Source of the DNA: an uncultured Campylobacter sp.
Lineage (GTDB): Bacteria > Campylobacterota > Campylobacteria > Campylobacterales > Campylobacteraceae
Assembly: GCF_905373215.1 (NCBI RefSeq)
Contig: NZ_CAJPRT010000007.1
Location: 30,685 to 94,684, forward strand
Reading direction: 5' to 3'
Length of the DNA: 64,000 nucleotides
Part shown: in pieces, positions 1 to 9,784 of the stretch
How positions within the stretch are numbered: position 1 is the stretch's first letter
Layout of the letters: the number at the start of each line of letters is the position of its first letter
Position numbers and translations under genes: made by a program
Notes under the pieces: model-generated
What the model was told of the DNA's origin: nothing
Databases searched by the model: none
Seen by the model: the letters and a program-made list of their open reading frames with translations, nothing else

Positions 1-535
1 ATGAGGCTAAAATTTCATCCATCATCGCGCGGTTTATCGCAAAAGGCCTCTGCACCCCGTAGCAAAAATTTACCTCGGTATCGCCGCTTAAATGCTGATC
101 TATCGAATGTAGCCCCGCCGCTATATCGCGCTCGTAGTCGAATTGCTCTATCCTGTCGTGAGTGTAAATTTCGCCGTTTTCATCCATGATCTCGTCCCCC
201 AGCTGCTTAGATAGCGCCTGCAGATACGAGATCGCCAAAACCCAATCAAAGACCGTCGCGGGCGTATTTACGCGCACGGCGTAGCTTTGCTGATCCCCAT
301 CGTAGCTAAGCTCCATCCCGCGCCCGCTCTTGCCTTGCACGCCCAAAATCAAACACTCATACTCGCTCAAAGGCGATTTTAAAAACGCCCTCTCGTCAAA
401 GTCATCGGCGCTCTCGTCTATGCCAAATACCGATAGATCGGGCAGCAGATCCAATGCCTTGCTAACGCTCATGGCGTCCGAATACCCCATAAATAGCGGT
501 CGCTTTTTGTTTTTGACGCGAAATTCTACGCTCAC
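1..535 (-). CDS. DUF4299-like family protein (3' end runs off the window start)
   Basis: Not in the ORF track; read by hand. AAGGAG SD, then GTG at 535: MSVEFRVKNKKRPLFMGY...GVQGKSGRGMELSYD...YAVRVNTPAT..DW..A..YLQALS, open to base 1. Resembles DUF4299 proteins. Confidence 0.75.
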   Translation of the reverse strand, partial: MSVEFRVKNKKRPLFMGYSDAMSVSKALDLLPDLSVFGIDESADDFDERAFLKSPLSEYECLILGVQGKSGRGMELSYDGDQQSYAVRVNTPATVFDWVLAISYLQALSKQLGDEIMDENGEIYTHDRIEQFDYERDIAAGLHSIDQHLSGDTEVNFCYGVQRPFAINRAMMDEILAS

Positions 536-925
536 CCTTTTCTCCTTTGTTAAATTAGCAAAATTATAGCGAAATTTTACCTGCCGCGGCGAGCTAAATT
601 TGCGCTCGCCGTTTGCGACAGCTTGCGTATTTTACGCCCCCGCGCGCATATATTTGTGTCCGCTCGCGCCGTATTTTAGCTCGCCTGTAGGTTTTTTACA
701 TACTCGTGGTACAGCCTGAATATTTGTGAGTTAAAATTTTACCGCGATGAGGGCTTTTGTAGCTTTTTCAAAATTTAGCGCGTAGCTTGGCGTTTATCGC
801 CCGCATTTAAAGCGCAGGCTGCGCGGCGGGTGTTTGAGCGCTAAATTTACGAGCGCAAGTCCGCGCTCATTATCGATCGCACGAGCGCGCACCGTCACAA
901 AGCTACACTCCCAATCGCAAAAGCT

Positions 926-1735
926 TTACGCGCCGATCGCGTCTTTTAGGCTCTGTGCGCACAAGCCCGCGTCCTTTAGCTCGCGCAAAATTTCACCCAT
1001 CAGCTCCTCTTTGAAAACGTCCAGTATCATCGCGCCGCCGTCCAGCTCAGCATAGCGCAGGACGGGCTCGCTGAAGTTTTTAAGCTCTTTAAACCGCCGC
1101 TCGCCCCGCCTGGCAAATCCGAGCCGAACCTCGTTCGGGCTAAGGCTCAGCACGCCGCCCTCGCGAGCGAAATTATATACGCTAAAGCCGTAAAGTTGCG
1201 GATCGGCGGCTTTAGCTCGCACGCTCAAAATTCCCTCCAGCCGCGCCTTCGTGCCGTCCAGATCGAGCCCCGTTTGTAGCGCGATCTTGCCGTCGCTATC
1301 AAGCTTCAAAAGCGCTAAAAACGAAGCGAAGTCCTGCGCGATGATGCTTTGCTCATCGCACTCGACGTCGATGTAGGCGACCGCAGGCTCCTCGCTGGCG
1401 CGGTAGTCCAGGCACAGATACCAATGCCCGTCGCCGCTGAATGGCACCAGCCCGTTAAGCTCGAAGCTCACGCACTCGCGCTCCTCGCCCCAGTTAAAGC
1501 GCGTAAGCGACGGATACGCCTCGCCGATGCCGCTGATGGCGTCTAGCGGGTAGCCCTCCAGCTCGTAGCGCAGGTAGCCGCCGTTTTGCACGCTTAGCAT
1601 CATGGCGAGCTCGCGCGGCAGGGTGCGTCCTAGCTCCTCTTCCGCGGCCCTCAGCGCCTCGGGCGTGAGTGGATCTTGTAGATAGGGCAGGTAGATCGGC
1701 CTGCGCCAGATGTTTGCAAGCTCGTTTGCGTTCAT
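926..1735 (-). CDS. SMI1/KNR4 (SUKH) family protein, putative immunity protein
   Basis: LTPEALRAAEEELGRTLP...QNGG and GDGHWYLCLDYR...PAVAYID motifs; AAGGAG SD. Confidence 0.85.
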   Translation of the reverse strand: MNANELANIWRRPIYLPYLQDPLTPEALRAAEEELGRTLPRELAMMLSVQNGGYLRYELEGYPLDAISGIGEAYPSLTRFNWGEERECVSFELNGLVPFSGDGHWYLCLDYRASEEPAVAYIDVECDEQSIIAQDFASFLALLKLDSDGKIALQTGLDLDGTKARLEGILSVRAKAADPQLYGFSVYNFAREGGVLSLSPNEVRLGFARRGERRFKELKNFSEPVLRYAELDGGAMILDVFKEELMGEILRELKDAGLCAQSLKDAIGA

Positions 1736-2040
1736 TTTCGCTCCTTTAAATTTGCGGGTTAAAATTTCAAGCTCGAACCCAAAATCTCGGGCTATAAATT
1801 TTAAAATTTTGCGGCGCCGAATTTTTACAGCCCGCTTGCCGTATTCGGCTCGTCTGCAACTATTCGGCTCGCCTCTCGGCGGCTTAAATTTAACCTAGAT
1901 CGGGCGCCGTCTAAATTTAATCCGCGCCGAGCGGGCTCAAAGCCGCACGCCGATAAAATTTCATCGTAAATTTACTCGCCCCTGGCGCCCGCCTGAAGCG
2001 GCGGAATTTTACGAGAGAGCTAAATTTACCTTTCGCGCGC

Positions 2041-2241
2041 CTAATCGAAATCATAATACAAGCTCCACGCGCCGCTTTGCGGGTTTTTGGCAAACATCAA
2101 GCTGCCGCCGTCAATGACGTTAAAATTAGCCTTTTAGTCTGAAGAGATCTGAAAAACGAACTGAAAACCATCGCCGAAACTCACTCCGGACTGGCAAAAG
2201 GAGGGATAGCCGCCGAATTTCGTGCAGTTGTAATACTCCAG
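2041..2241 (-). pseudogene. 3' remnant of a YwqG/DUF1963-like gene with an internal stop
   Basis: Reads LEYYNCTKFGGYPSFCQSGVSFGDGFQFVFQISSD*KANFNVIDGGSLMFAKNPQSGAWSLYYDFD*. The KFGGYP.F.Q and FQI.SD motifs are present, TAA at 2136-2134, and there is no 5' half. Confidence 0.7.
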
Positions 2242-3140
2242 CCCGCCGCCTCGAGCGCCGCGAGTCCCTCAACCGTCGTGCCCGCAGGCGAGCAAACCGC
2301 GTCTTTGAGCTCCGATGGGCGCTTGCCGCTTTGCAGTAGGCGCGCCGTGCCCTCTACCGCCGCCGCTACCGCGTCGTAGCACAGCGCCCGCGGTAGTCCG
2401 CCCCGCACGCCCGCGTCTGCCGCCGCCTCGATAAAAGCGCACACATACGCAGGCAGGCTACCTGCAATCCCCGTAAATGCGGCAAAACCAGCCTCGTCTA
2501 TCTCGTAGAATTTGCCGATTTTGGCGGCTAGGGCTCGCACGATCTCCCGACTAGCCTCATCAAAATACTCGCCGTAGCACAGCGCCGTAGCCGACGCGCC
2601 GATGCCAGCAGCGACGTTTGGCATCGCGCGGGCTACGAAAACGTCCGCACCCACGATATTTTGGGCGCGCTCTAGCTTGAAATTCGGCGCTAAAAGAAGT
2701 AGGATTTTGCCCGCAAGCTCGGGCGCGATCAGGTGCAAAATCCCTTCGTAGCTAGCGGGCTTGGTCGCGAGCACGATCATATCCGCTGCGTGCGCCAGCT
2801 GCGTCTCGTCTTGTAAAATTTGCACGCCATAGCGCTTACGCAAGGCTTCATTTTTGCTTCTAGCATAAGCTAGGACTTGAAGCTTCGTATCGGAGCCGGG
2901 CTGCGCGCAAGAGGAATCATGCCCGTCGCTAGCGGAATTTTGCATATCGGGCTCGGAATTCCGCTCGCAAGCGGTAAAATTTTGAGCATCGGGCATAAAA
3001 TTCCGCCCGCCGTGCGCGGAATTTTCTTTATCCTCTGTAAAATTTTCTCCGCTCGCCGCGCAATCTCGCCCGCCAGCTCTGCAAAGTGCGGCGATCATCG
3101 CCTCGCCCATATTTCCGCCGCCGATAAATCCCACTTTCAT
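2181..3140 (-). CDS. proC: Pyrroline-5-carboxylate reductase with in-frame insertion and aberrant C-terminus
   Basis: GFIGGGNMG, RAMPN, GSLPAY and VCSPAGTT motifs; SD-preceded ATG at 3140. Confidence 0.9.
   Translation of the reverse strand: MKVGFIGGGNMGEAMIAALCRAGGRDCAASGENFTEDKENSAHGGRNFMPDAQNFTACERNSEPDMQNSASDGHDSSCAQPGSDTKLQVLAYARSKNEALRKRYGVQILQDETQLAHAADMIVLATKPASYEGILHLIAPELAGKILLLLAPNFKLERAQNIVGADVFVARAMPNVAAGIGASATALCYGEYFDEASREIVRALAAKIGKFYEIDEAGFAAFTGIAGSLPAYVCAFIEAAADAGVRGGLPRALCYDAVAAAVEGTARLLQSGKRPSELKDAVCSPAGTTVEGLAALEAAGWSITTARNSAAIPPFASPE
2901..3047. repeat. Diverged 21-bp tandem array with RAATTY core, inside proC
   Basis: RAATTY at 2935, 2956, 2977, 2998, 3019 and 3040, exactly 21 bp apart. 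Confidence 0.85.
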
Positions 3141-3234
3141 TTTCGCTCCTTTTAAAGCTAAATTATGCCTCAATGATAGCTCAAAATTTCTTTATCCGCC
3201 CTTGCGGCGCGCGGTTTATCTGCATAAAAGCAAA

Positions 3235-3247
3235 TTTTAGCTACAAT
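3235..3247 (+). promoter_or_regulatory. Sigma70 -10 element for ilvC
   Basis: ttttagcTACAAT (3242-3247) about 30 nt before the ATG. Confidence 0.5.
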
Positions 3248-3256
3248 CTCGCCTAA

Positions 3257-4300
<1,044 letters not shown>

Positions 4301-4313
4301 TTTCGGCTGAGCT

Positions 4314-5504
4314 TTGGCTAATACAAATCCACGCGGGCGCCGTAAAAAGCGCCAGATCAATTACATAGCGATCGCCTTTGTCGTAATCTTATGCTTTTTA
4401 AGCGGTGCGGTTACCTACGCTGTTTTGGATCTCGTATTTTCGAGCAATAAGGCTGCGTTGCAGCAAAGCTCGCACAAACAAGCCCCCGAAAGCCCTTCCG
4501 ATCCTCGCGGTAAACGACCGCGTTTAAGCGCTGCTGAGAAGGAAGCGCTGATTCAAAAGGAGCTCGATAAGATCGCCGAGCAAAACGTAACCGCGCCTAA
4601 GATGAGCATCGAGCCCGCACCGCAGAATTTCACAGGAGAAAATTCTGCAAACGGCAATTTACAAAATTCCGTAAATTATACGGCTTCCGCAACTTCCGCC
4701 GCTGCAAATTCGGCGGGTGACGGACCTGACGTAAATTTTACCGCGTCAAATTCCGCTTCAGAAAATTCCATAAATTCTGCCGCCCAAAGCCACGCTTCCG
4801 GCGGTGCGGACGATCTTTCTAAATCGCCGCGCAAGGCTTTGCCCGCAGGCTCTCGCGCAAAGCTAGCGATCATCATCGACGACGTAGGCACCGACGAGCA
4901 GGCGCAAAAGATCGCCGCTCTGCCCGTGCGAGTGACGCCGTCCATCTTCCCGCCCGAGTATCAGCGCAAGGACACGCGCTCGCTCGCTCGCGGCTTTGAG
5001 CATTACGCGATCCACCTGCCGATGGAGGCGAGCTCCGCTAAAAATAATTCCGCGACGCTGCGAACCTCGGATAATTACGAGAAGCTGCGCGGCGTCATAG
5101 CCAAGCTGCGCGCGGACTTTCCGAACGCTAAATTTATAAACAACCACACCGGTTCTAAATTTACCGCCGACGAGCGCGCGATGCAAAATTTGCTGCGCGC
5201 GATGAACGAGCATGGATTTTTATTTATCGACTCGCGCACGAGCCCCGCTACCAAGGCCAAAGCGGCGATGAACGGGCTTGGCATGCGATACGTGCATCGC
5301 GATGTGTTTTTAGATAATCAAAACAGCGTCGCCGCGGTGCGCAAAAAGCTGCGCGAAGCCGTCGCGCTTGCTAAAAAGCAGGGTTACGCCATCGCTATCG
5401 GCCATCCCAAAAGCTCCACTCTGCGCGCGCTTGCAAACAGCGCCGATATCCTAGGCGAGGTCGATTTAGTGTATTTGGACGAAATTTATGAGTACTACGA
5501 GTGA
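4314..5504 (+). CDS. Divergent polysaccharide deacetylase (YibQ-like), N-terminal TM and long linker
   Basis: LAIIIDD.G, HLPME, NNHTGS, FIDSRT, RDVFLDN and AIAIGHP motifs. Confidence 0.9.
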   Translation: MANTNPRGRRKKRQINYIAIAFVVILCFLSGAVTYAVLDLVFSSNKAALQQSSHKQAPESPSDPRGKRPRLSAAEKEALIQKELDKIAEQNVTAPKMSIEPAPQNFTGENSANGNLQNSVNYTASATSAAANSAGDGPDVNFTASNSASENSINSAAQSHASGGADDLSKSPRKALPAGSRAKLAIIIDDVGTDEQAQKIAALPVRVTPSIFPPEYQRKDTRSLARGFEHYAIHLPMEASSAKNNSATLRTSDNYEKLRGVIAKLRADFPNAKFINNHTGSKFTADERAMQNLLRAMNEHGFLFIDSRTSPATKAKAAMNGLGMRYVHRDVFLDNQNSVAAVRKKLREAVALAKKQGYAIAIGHPKSSTLRALANSADILGEVDLVYLDEIYEYYE

Positions 5505-6276
5505 GCTTGGTTTTAAAATTCCAAGCCTAGCAAGGCTCGGTGCGAGTGAGCCCGCGCAGCTGTATTTTAGGGGCGAGCCGGCGATGTTACAAAAGCGCCG
5601 CATCTCGATCGTGGGCTCGCGCAAGATGAGCGTTTATAGCAAAAATTTGATCCTGCGCCTTGCGCGCGAGCTAAGCAATGCGGGCTTTTGCGTCGTAAGC
5701 GGCGCGGCGATCGGCTGCGACATAGCCGCGCACGAAGGGGCGTTTCCAAATACGATCGCGGTTTTTGGAAACGGCCTTGATCAAATTTATCCCGCGCAAA
5801 ACGTCGCCATGATCGGCAAAATTTACGAGCGCAGCCTCGCGCTTAGCGAGTATGAGGACGGCGTGAGCGCGCGCGGATTTCAGTTTTTGCAGCGCAACCG
5901 TATCGTCGTGGCGCTGTCCGAAGCGCTCATCGTCGCTCAAGCCGAGCCCCGCAGCGGCTCGCTGCAAAGCGCGCGTCTGGCTCGCGAAATGGGCGTGCCC
6001 GTGTACGTGCTGCCGCACCGAATGGACGAGAGCGCGGGCACGAACGATCTGCTCGCAAAATCTCAGGCGCGGCTGATCGCGGATTTTGGCGAGTTTGTCG
6101 CCTCTTTGGCTCCGCAGACGCCGCAAAATACTGAGCGCGCGCAGGATGAGGTGATGGAATTTTTAGCGCTAAATTCCGATCTGCAAGCGGCGATCGAGCG
6201 CTTCGGAGATAAAATTTACGAATACGAGCTTGAAGGCAGGATCGAAATTTTAGGCGCAAAGATCGTGGCAAAGTAG
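5488..6276 (+). CDS. dprA: DNA-processing protein DprA
   Basis: SIVGSRK, VSGAAIGCDIAAH, RNRIVVALS and SGSL motifs; conserved gene order. Confidence 0.93.
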   Translation: MSTTSELGFKIPSLARLGASEPAQLYFRGEPAMLQKRRISIVGSRKMSVYSKNLILRLARELSNAGFCVVSGAAIGCDIAAHEGAFPNTIAVFGNGLDQIYPAQNVAMIGKIYERSLALSEYEDGVSARGFQFLQRNRIVVALSEALIVAQAEPRSGSLQSARLAREMGVPVYVLPHRMDESAGTNDLLAKSQARLIADFGEFVASLAPQTPQNTERAQDEVMEFLALNSDLQAAIERFGDKIYEYELEGRIEILGAKIVAK

Positions 6277-6474
6277 CCGATGATCGGCGTTTGCTTGCCG
6301 TAGTTTGATCGGCGCCGCCCGCCGGTACGGCTTGTTTGCACGGCGCGTAGTCTGCGCGGTCGGTGTTTAAATTTAGAAAAAGGTGGCTCGGTAAAATTTT
6401 ACTTTCTGCAAGTAACACCTGAGCTTAAAATAAACCCGCGCGGCTTGCCGAAGCCGAACTAAAAAGGATGAAAT

Positions 6475-6867
6475 TTGATAGTTGCGATCGATCTTGGGCT
6501 TAAACGTATCGGTGTGGCGGCGGCACCCGATGATAAGACGCCGCTTCCGTGCGAGCCGATCCTGCGCAAAAACCGCACCCAAGCCGCGCGCGAGCTAAGT
6601 GAGCTGCTGCGCGAAAAGGGCGCCAGCGTGCTCGTGCTGGGCGTGCCGCGCGGCGGGGCGAGCGAGGAGGAGATGAGCAGGCGCATACGCCACTTCGCCT
6701 CGCTGCTGGATTTTGACGGCGAGATAAAATTCCAAGACGAGAGCTTTTCGAGCGCCGAAGCGGCGGAGTTTGCGAGCAAAGGCGCTAAGGGCGGCGGCAA
6801 GGACGCGCGCTTTGATAGCATCGCCGCGACGATAATTTTGCAGAGGTTTTTGTCGAGCAAGGGTTAG
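6475..6867 (+). CDS. ruvX: Holliday-junction-resolvase-like RuvX/YqgF
   Basis: AIDLGLKRIGVA, QDESFSS and DSIAATIILQ motifs. Confidence 0.92.
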   Translation: MIVAIDLGLKRIGVAAAPDDKTPLPCEPILRKNRTQAARELSELLREKGASVLVLGVPRGGASEEEMSRRIRHFASLLDFDGEIKFQDESFSSAEAAEFASKGAKGGGKDARFDSIAATIILQRFLSSKG

Positions 6868-7310
6868 GTTCGTACGCAGCAACGCAATTTGCGCGCAGCG
6901 GTGAAAGATAAAACCGTCGCTCGTCTGTTTTGTCGCCGTTTGAAAGGCCGCGGAATTTTACTCGCTCGCCTAAAATAGACGGAATTTATGCGCACCGAAA
7001 GTCGGTAAAATTTTATCGTCCACTAAGGTTTGGCAGAATTTTACTTTGCCCGCAAAGAGCCTGCGTAATTTATTATGGCGGTAGCCGTAAAATTATTCCA
7101 TAGACAGTTAAACTAAGTGAGATTGACAGCGATTTAAGTTTTAAACGGCGAGGTTTATGCATTTTGGCGATTTGCGCTCGCGCGCACGGCTGCTATTTAA
7201 GTTTTTCAAGGTCTATTTAGACGCAAAGAACGCTAAGCAAAATTGCAAAAACGCGGATGCATCATAGAATAGGGCGCAAATTTGCGATAAATTTCATTTA
7301 GGGAGCGGTT

Positions 7311-7679
7311 ATGTTTAAGATCACGATGTTAGTAAAAAGGGCGCCGAACATCACGCAGCAGGAGTTTGTGGCACACTGGGCGGCGCATTCACAAAAGGTT
7401 TTGGCTAATCAAAAGGCACTAAATATCGTCCGCTATGCAAAAACCATGCCCGTTTTCCCCAAGGGACAAAGCACCAAGCGCGAAATGGCGGCGTTTGACT
7501 ACGATGCGATGGGCGAGCTGTGGTATGAGAGCGTGCAGGCGTTTGCGGATGCACGAAACAGCGAGGTAGCGCGAGCGGTGTTAGCGGAGCTGATGGCGGA
7601 TGAGGCGCGGTTTTGCGATATAAAAAACTCCGTGATGTGGTTCGGCGAGGAGGAGGCTGTGATAGAGTTTGAGCGCTAG
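7311..7679 (+). CDS. EthD domain-containing protein
   Basis: KR.P.IT..EF..HW..H, YDAMGELWYES and DEARFCD pattern; GGGAG SD. Confidence 0.8.
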   Translation: MFKITMLVKRAPNITQQEFVAHWAAHSQKVLANQKALNIVRYAKTMPVFPKGQSTKREMAAFDYDAMGELWYESVQAFADARNSEVARAVLAELMADEARFCDIKNSVMWFGEEEAVIEFER

Positions 7680-8291
7680 GGAGCGCTGCTTGCGCTTTGC
7701 AGCGAATAAAATTTTGAAGTGAAGCTCTTTAAATAGATAGAAATTCTAAGTGGCATTTGGGTTTTAAAATTAGCAGAATTTTATGGGCTGGGCTTGCGCG
7801 GCTGAAATCTCAGTCGCAACCTACATGGATGAAATTTACGTACGCAATACAGATATCGCGCAGTCTTGATTATTTTAAGACTCACCATATCTAATTGGTG
7901 CGATCTAAGAAGCCTGGGTATTGGAGCCAAAACGCCTAAAGACGCATTATGCTTACGATTTTAGCATAGGCAAACCTATTTCTAAGATAAAATTTAAAGG
8001 CTGGCGGCGTAAAATTTTTTAAAATTTCTAAGCAGCAATGCGAAATTTTCAAAAGTTTTCTAGGGCACGGCAAGATGCTCACCATGGGCTTCGTATGCAA
8101 CAAAAATATTTTACACACTAGATTATCGCCCTGATAAATTACCATTGCAGAGGCTGTAGGTGTTTCAGACCTCAGGATTAAATGCTTTATTATAAATACT
8201 ACGGGCGCCGTGGATGCCGCATAGACGTGCGAGTAAAATTGAGGCAAGCCAGCCATAAAAACAATCTTGCAAGTAAAATTTTAATTTGTCT

Positions 8292-8385
8292 TTTTAAAAT
8301 TCCGCTCAAAGTTCCGTTTAAAATTTTATTTAAAATTTTGCTTGGGATTTTGATAGAAATTTTGCAGGAATTCGCCGGAGATTTC
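8292..8385. repeat. Diverged 12-bp tandem array (consensus about tttaaaattttg)
   Basis: tttaaaattccg / ctcaaagttccg / tttaaaatttta / tttaaaattttg / cttgggattttg / atagaaattttg. Confidence 0.75.
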
Positions 8386-8425
8386 ACAGCTATTATCAAA
8401 AATTAAAATTTTATCCCTCGCTTTT

Positions 8426-8434
8426 TGCTATAAT
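8426..8434 (+). promoter_or_regulatory. Extended -10 promoter (TGnTATAAT)
   Basis: TGcTATAAT about 27 nt upstream of the ATG at 8462, which has an AAGGAG SD. Confidence 0.6.
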
Positions 8435-8461
8435 TATTTTTAAAATTTAAAAGGAGCAAAA

Positions 8462-9148
8462 ATGAAAATTTTAGCGTCGATTGCCGCACTAATCGTAGCA
8501 GCCTACTTGCTCGCGCAGATATTTTTCCCGCAGGCGGTCTCGTTTGTCGGATGCGGCGTCGGTAGGGCTAATTCGTGCGAAGACTACGGAGCATATTTGC
8601 TTGAGGAGCGCGATTATGAGGCAGCAAAAAAGCCGTTTGAAAAAGCTTGCGAAGCGGGGCTGGAAAATAGCTGTGCTATCGCGGGAGATTTATATTACGA
8701 CGAGCAAAATTTATATAAAACTACGAAGGATAAGGGTAAGTCCGCGCGGTTTTATTCCAAAGCGTGCGAGCTGGGAGCTGCCAAAGCTTGCTACAACGCC
8801 GCGATAATCTCTTATAAAAATGCGGATAAGAAAAATACGTTCGCATTTTTTGCCAAATCATGCGATTTGGGATTAGGCGAGGGCTGCTTAAACGCTGCGG
8901 TCGCTAGCTATGAAGAGAAAGACTATCAGGGCGCTCTTAAGTTTTTCCTAAAATCTTGTGATGCTGCTTTGGCAGAGGGATGTCAAAGGGTTGGACTAGC
9001 GTATTCAAAGAAGGAATTTGGCGAGCCGGATCTGGATAAGGCGATGATCTACTACGACAAAGCCTGCAAGCTGGGAGCTGAGTTTAGCTGCAACGTAGTA
9101 GCCGCGATGAATAAAATAAATGCAAGCGAGGCTAATGCTACTAAATAG
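8462..9148 (+). CDS. Sel1-like repeat protein (Hcp-type, Cys-paired), secreted or anchored
   Basis: Repeated KAC(E/D)LG...C units; N-terminal hydrophobic segment. Confidence 0.88.
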   Translation: MKILASIAALIVAAYLLAQIFFPQAVSFVGCGVGRANSCEDYGAYLLEERDYEAAKKPFEKACEAGLENSCAIAGDLYYDEQNLYKTTKDKGKSARFYSKACELGAAKACYNAAIISYKNADKKNTFAFFAKSCDLGLGEGCLNAAVASYEEKDYQGALKFFLKSCDAALAEGCQRVGLAYSKKEFGEPDLDKAMIYYDKACKLGAEFSCNVVAAMNKINASEANATK

Positions 9149-9514
9149 ATGGCAGGACTAGCTAGATGATAACACGGCGAGATCGAAATTAACTTATAAA
9201 TTTTGCGGAGCTTTATGGGATTTTATGGAATTCCGCGGAATTTTATTTCTAAATTTTATCGCTGAAATTCCGCATATTGCGATAATGGCGATAGATAGCG
9301 ATTTTAAAATTTCAGTATTTCAGAAGTTTAGAATTTAATCTATGCTATGGATTTTATTGACAGAATTTTAACTTATCATAGACTTACCCATCGCGATATA
9401 GGAATTTCATCATAATCTTAGTATGTATCTTTGAAAGAGAAAAAATTGCGCAAATTAGCGAGTAGCTATGCAATCACAGCTGATATGGCAAAAATATCCG
9501 AAAAGATCGCACGG

Positions 9515-9690
9515 TATAATCAATCTGCGAAGTAAGTAAAATCAATTATCAAGTGGATGGAATCTATCAATAAACAAGTAAAATTATTCATTGCAAAGTA
9601 AGCAAAATCGATCTGTAAATGGGCAGATCAAGCTTAAAACTAACTCGAAGTAGCCTGTAAATAAGCTAAATTGTAAGCAAGATAAAATTT
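9515..9690. repeat. Degenerate ~21-bp tandem array (about aatcaatctgtaaagtaagtaa)
   Basis: aatcaatctgcgaagtaagtaa / aatcaattatcaagtggatgg / aatctatcaataaacaagtaa / ... / aatcgatctgtaaatgggcag. Confidence 0.55.
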
Positions 9691-9784
9691 TAAGCAGGCA
9701 TATTGTAAGAAAGTAGAATTTTAGATGAGATAAGTGGGATAAATCGATTTCAAATCATCATAGCGGTGGGATGACGATCCTAAT

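Noticed and set aside
2901..3047. CRISPR-like reading of a constant core with variable spacers
   Set aside because: The core is only 6 bp and spacers are 15 bp, in frame within a gene, and there are no cas genes; a diverged tandem repeat explains it better
7936..8406. ORFs 7936-8256, 8182-8406 and 8199-8399
   Set aside because: No SD or domain features; the periodic KIL pattern is a by-product of the 12-bp array
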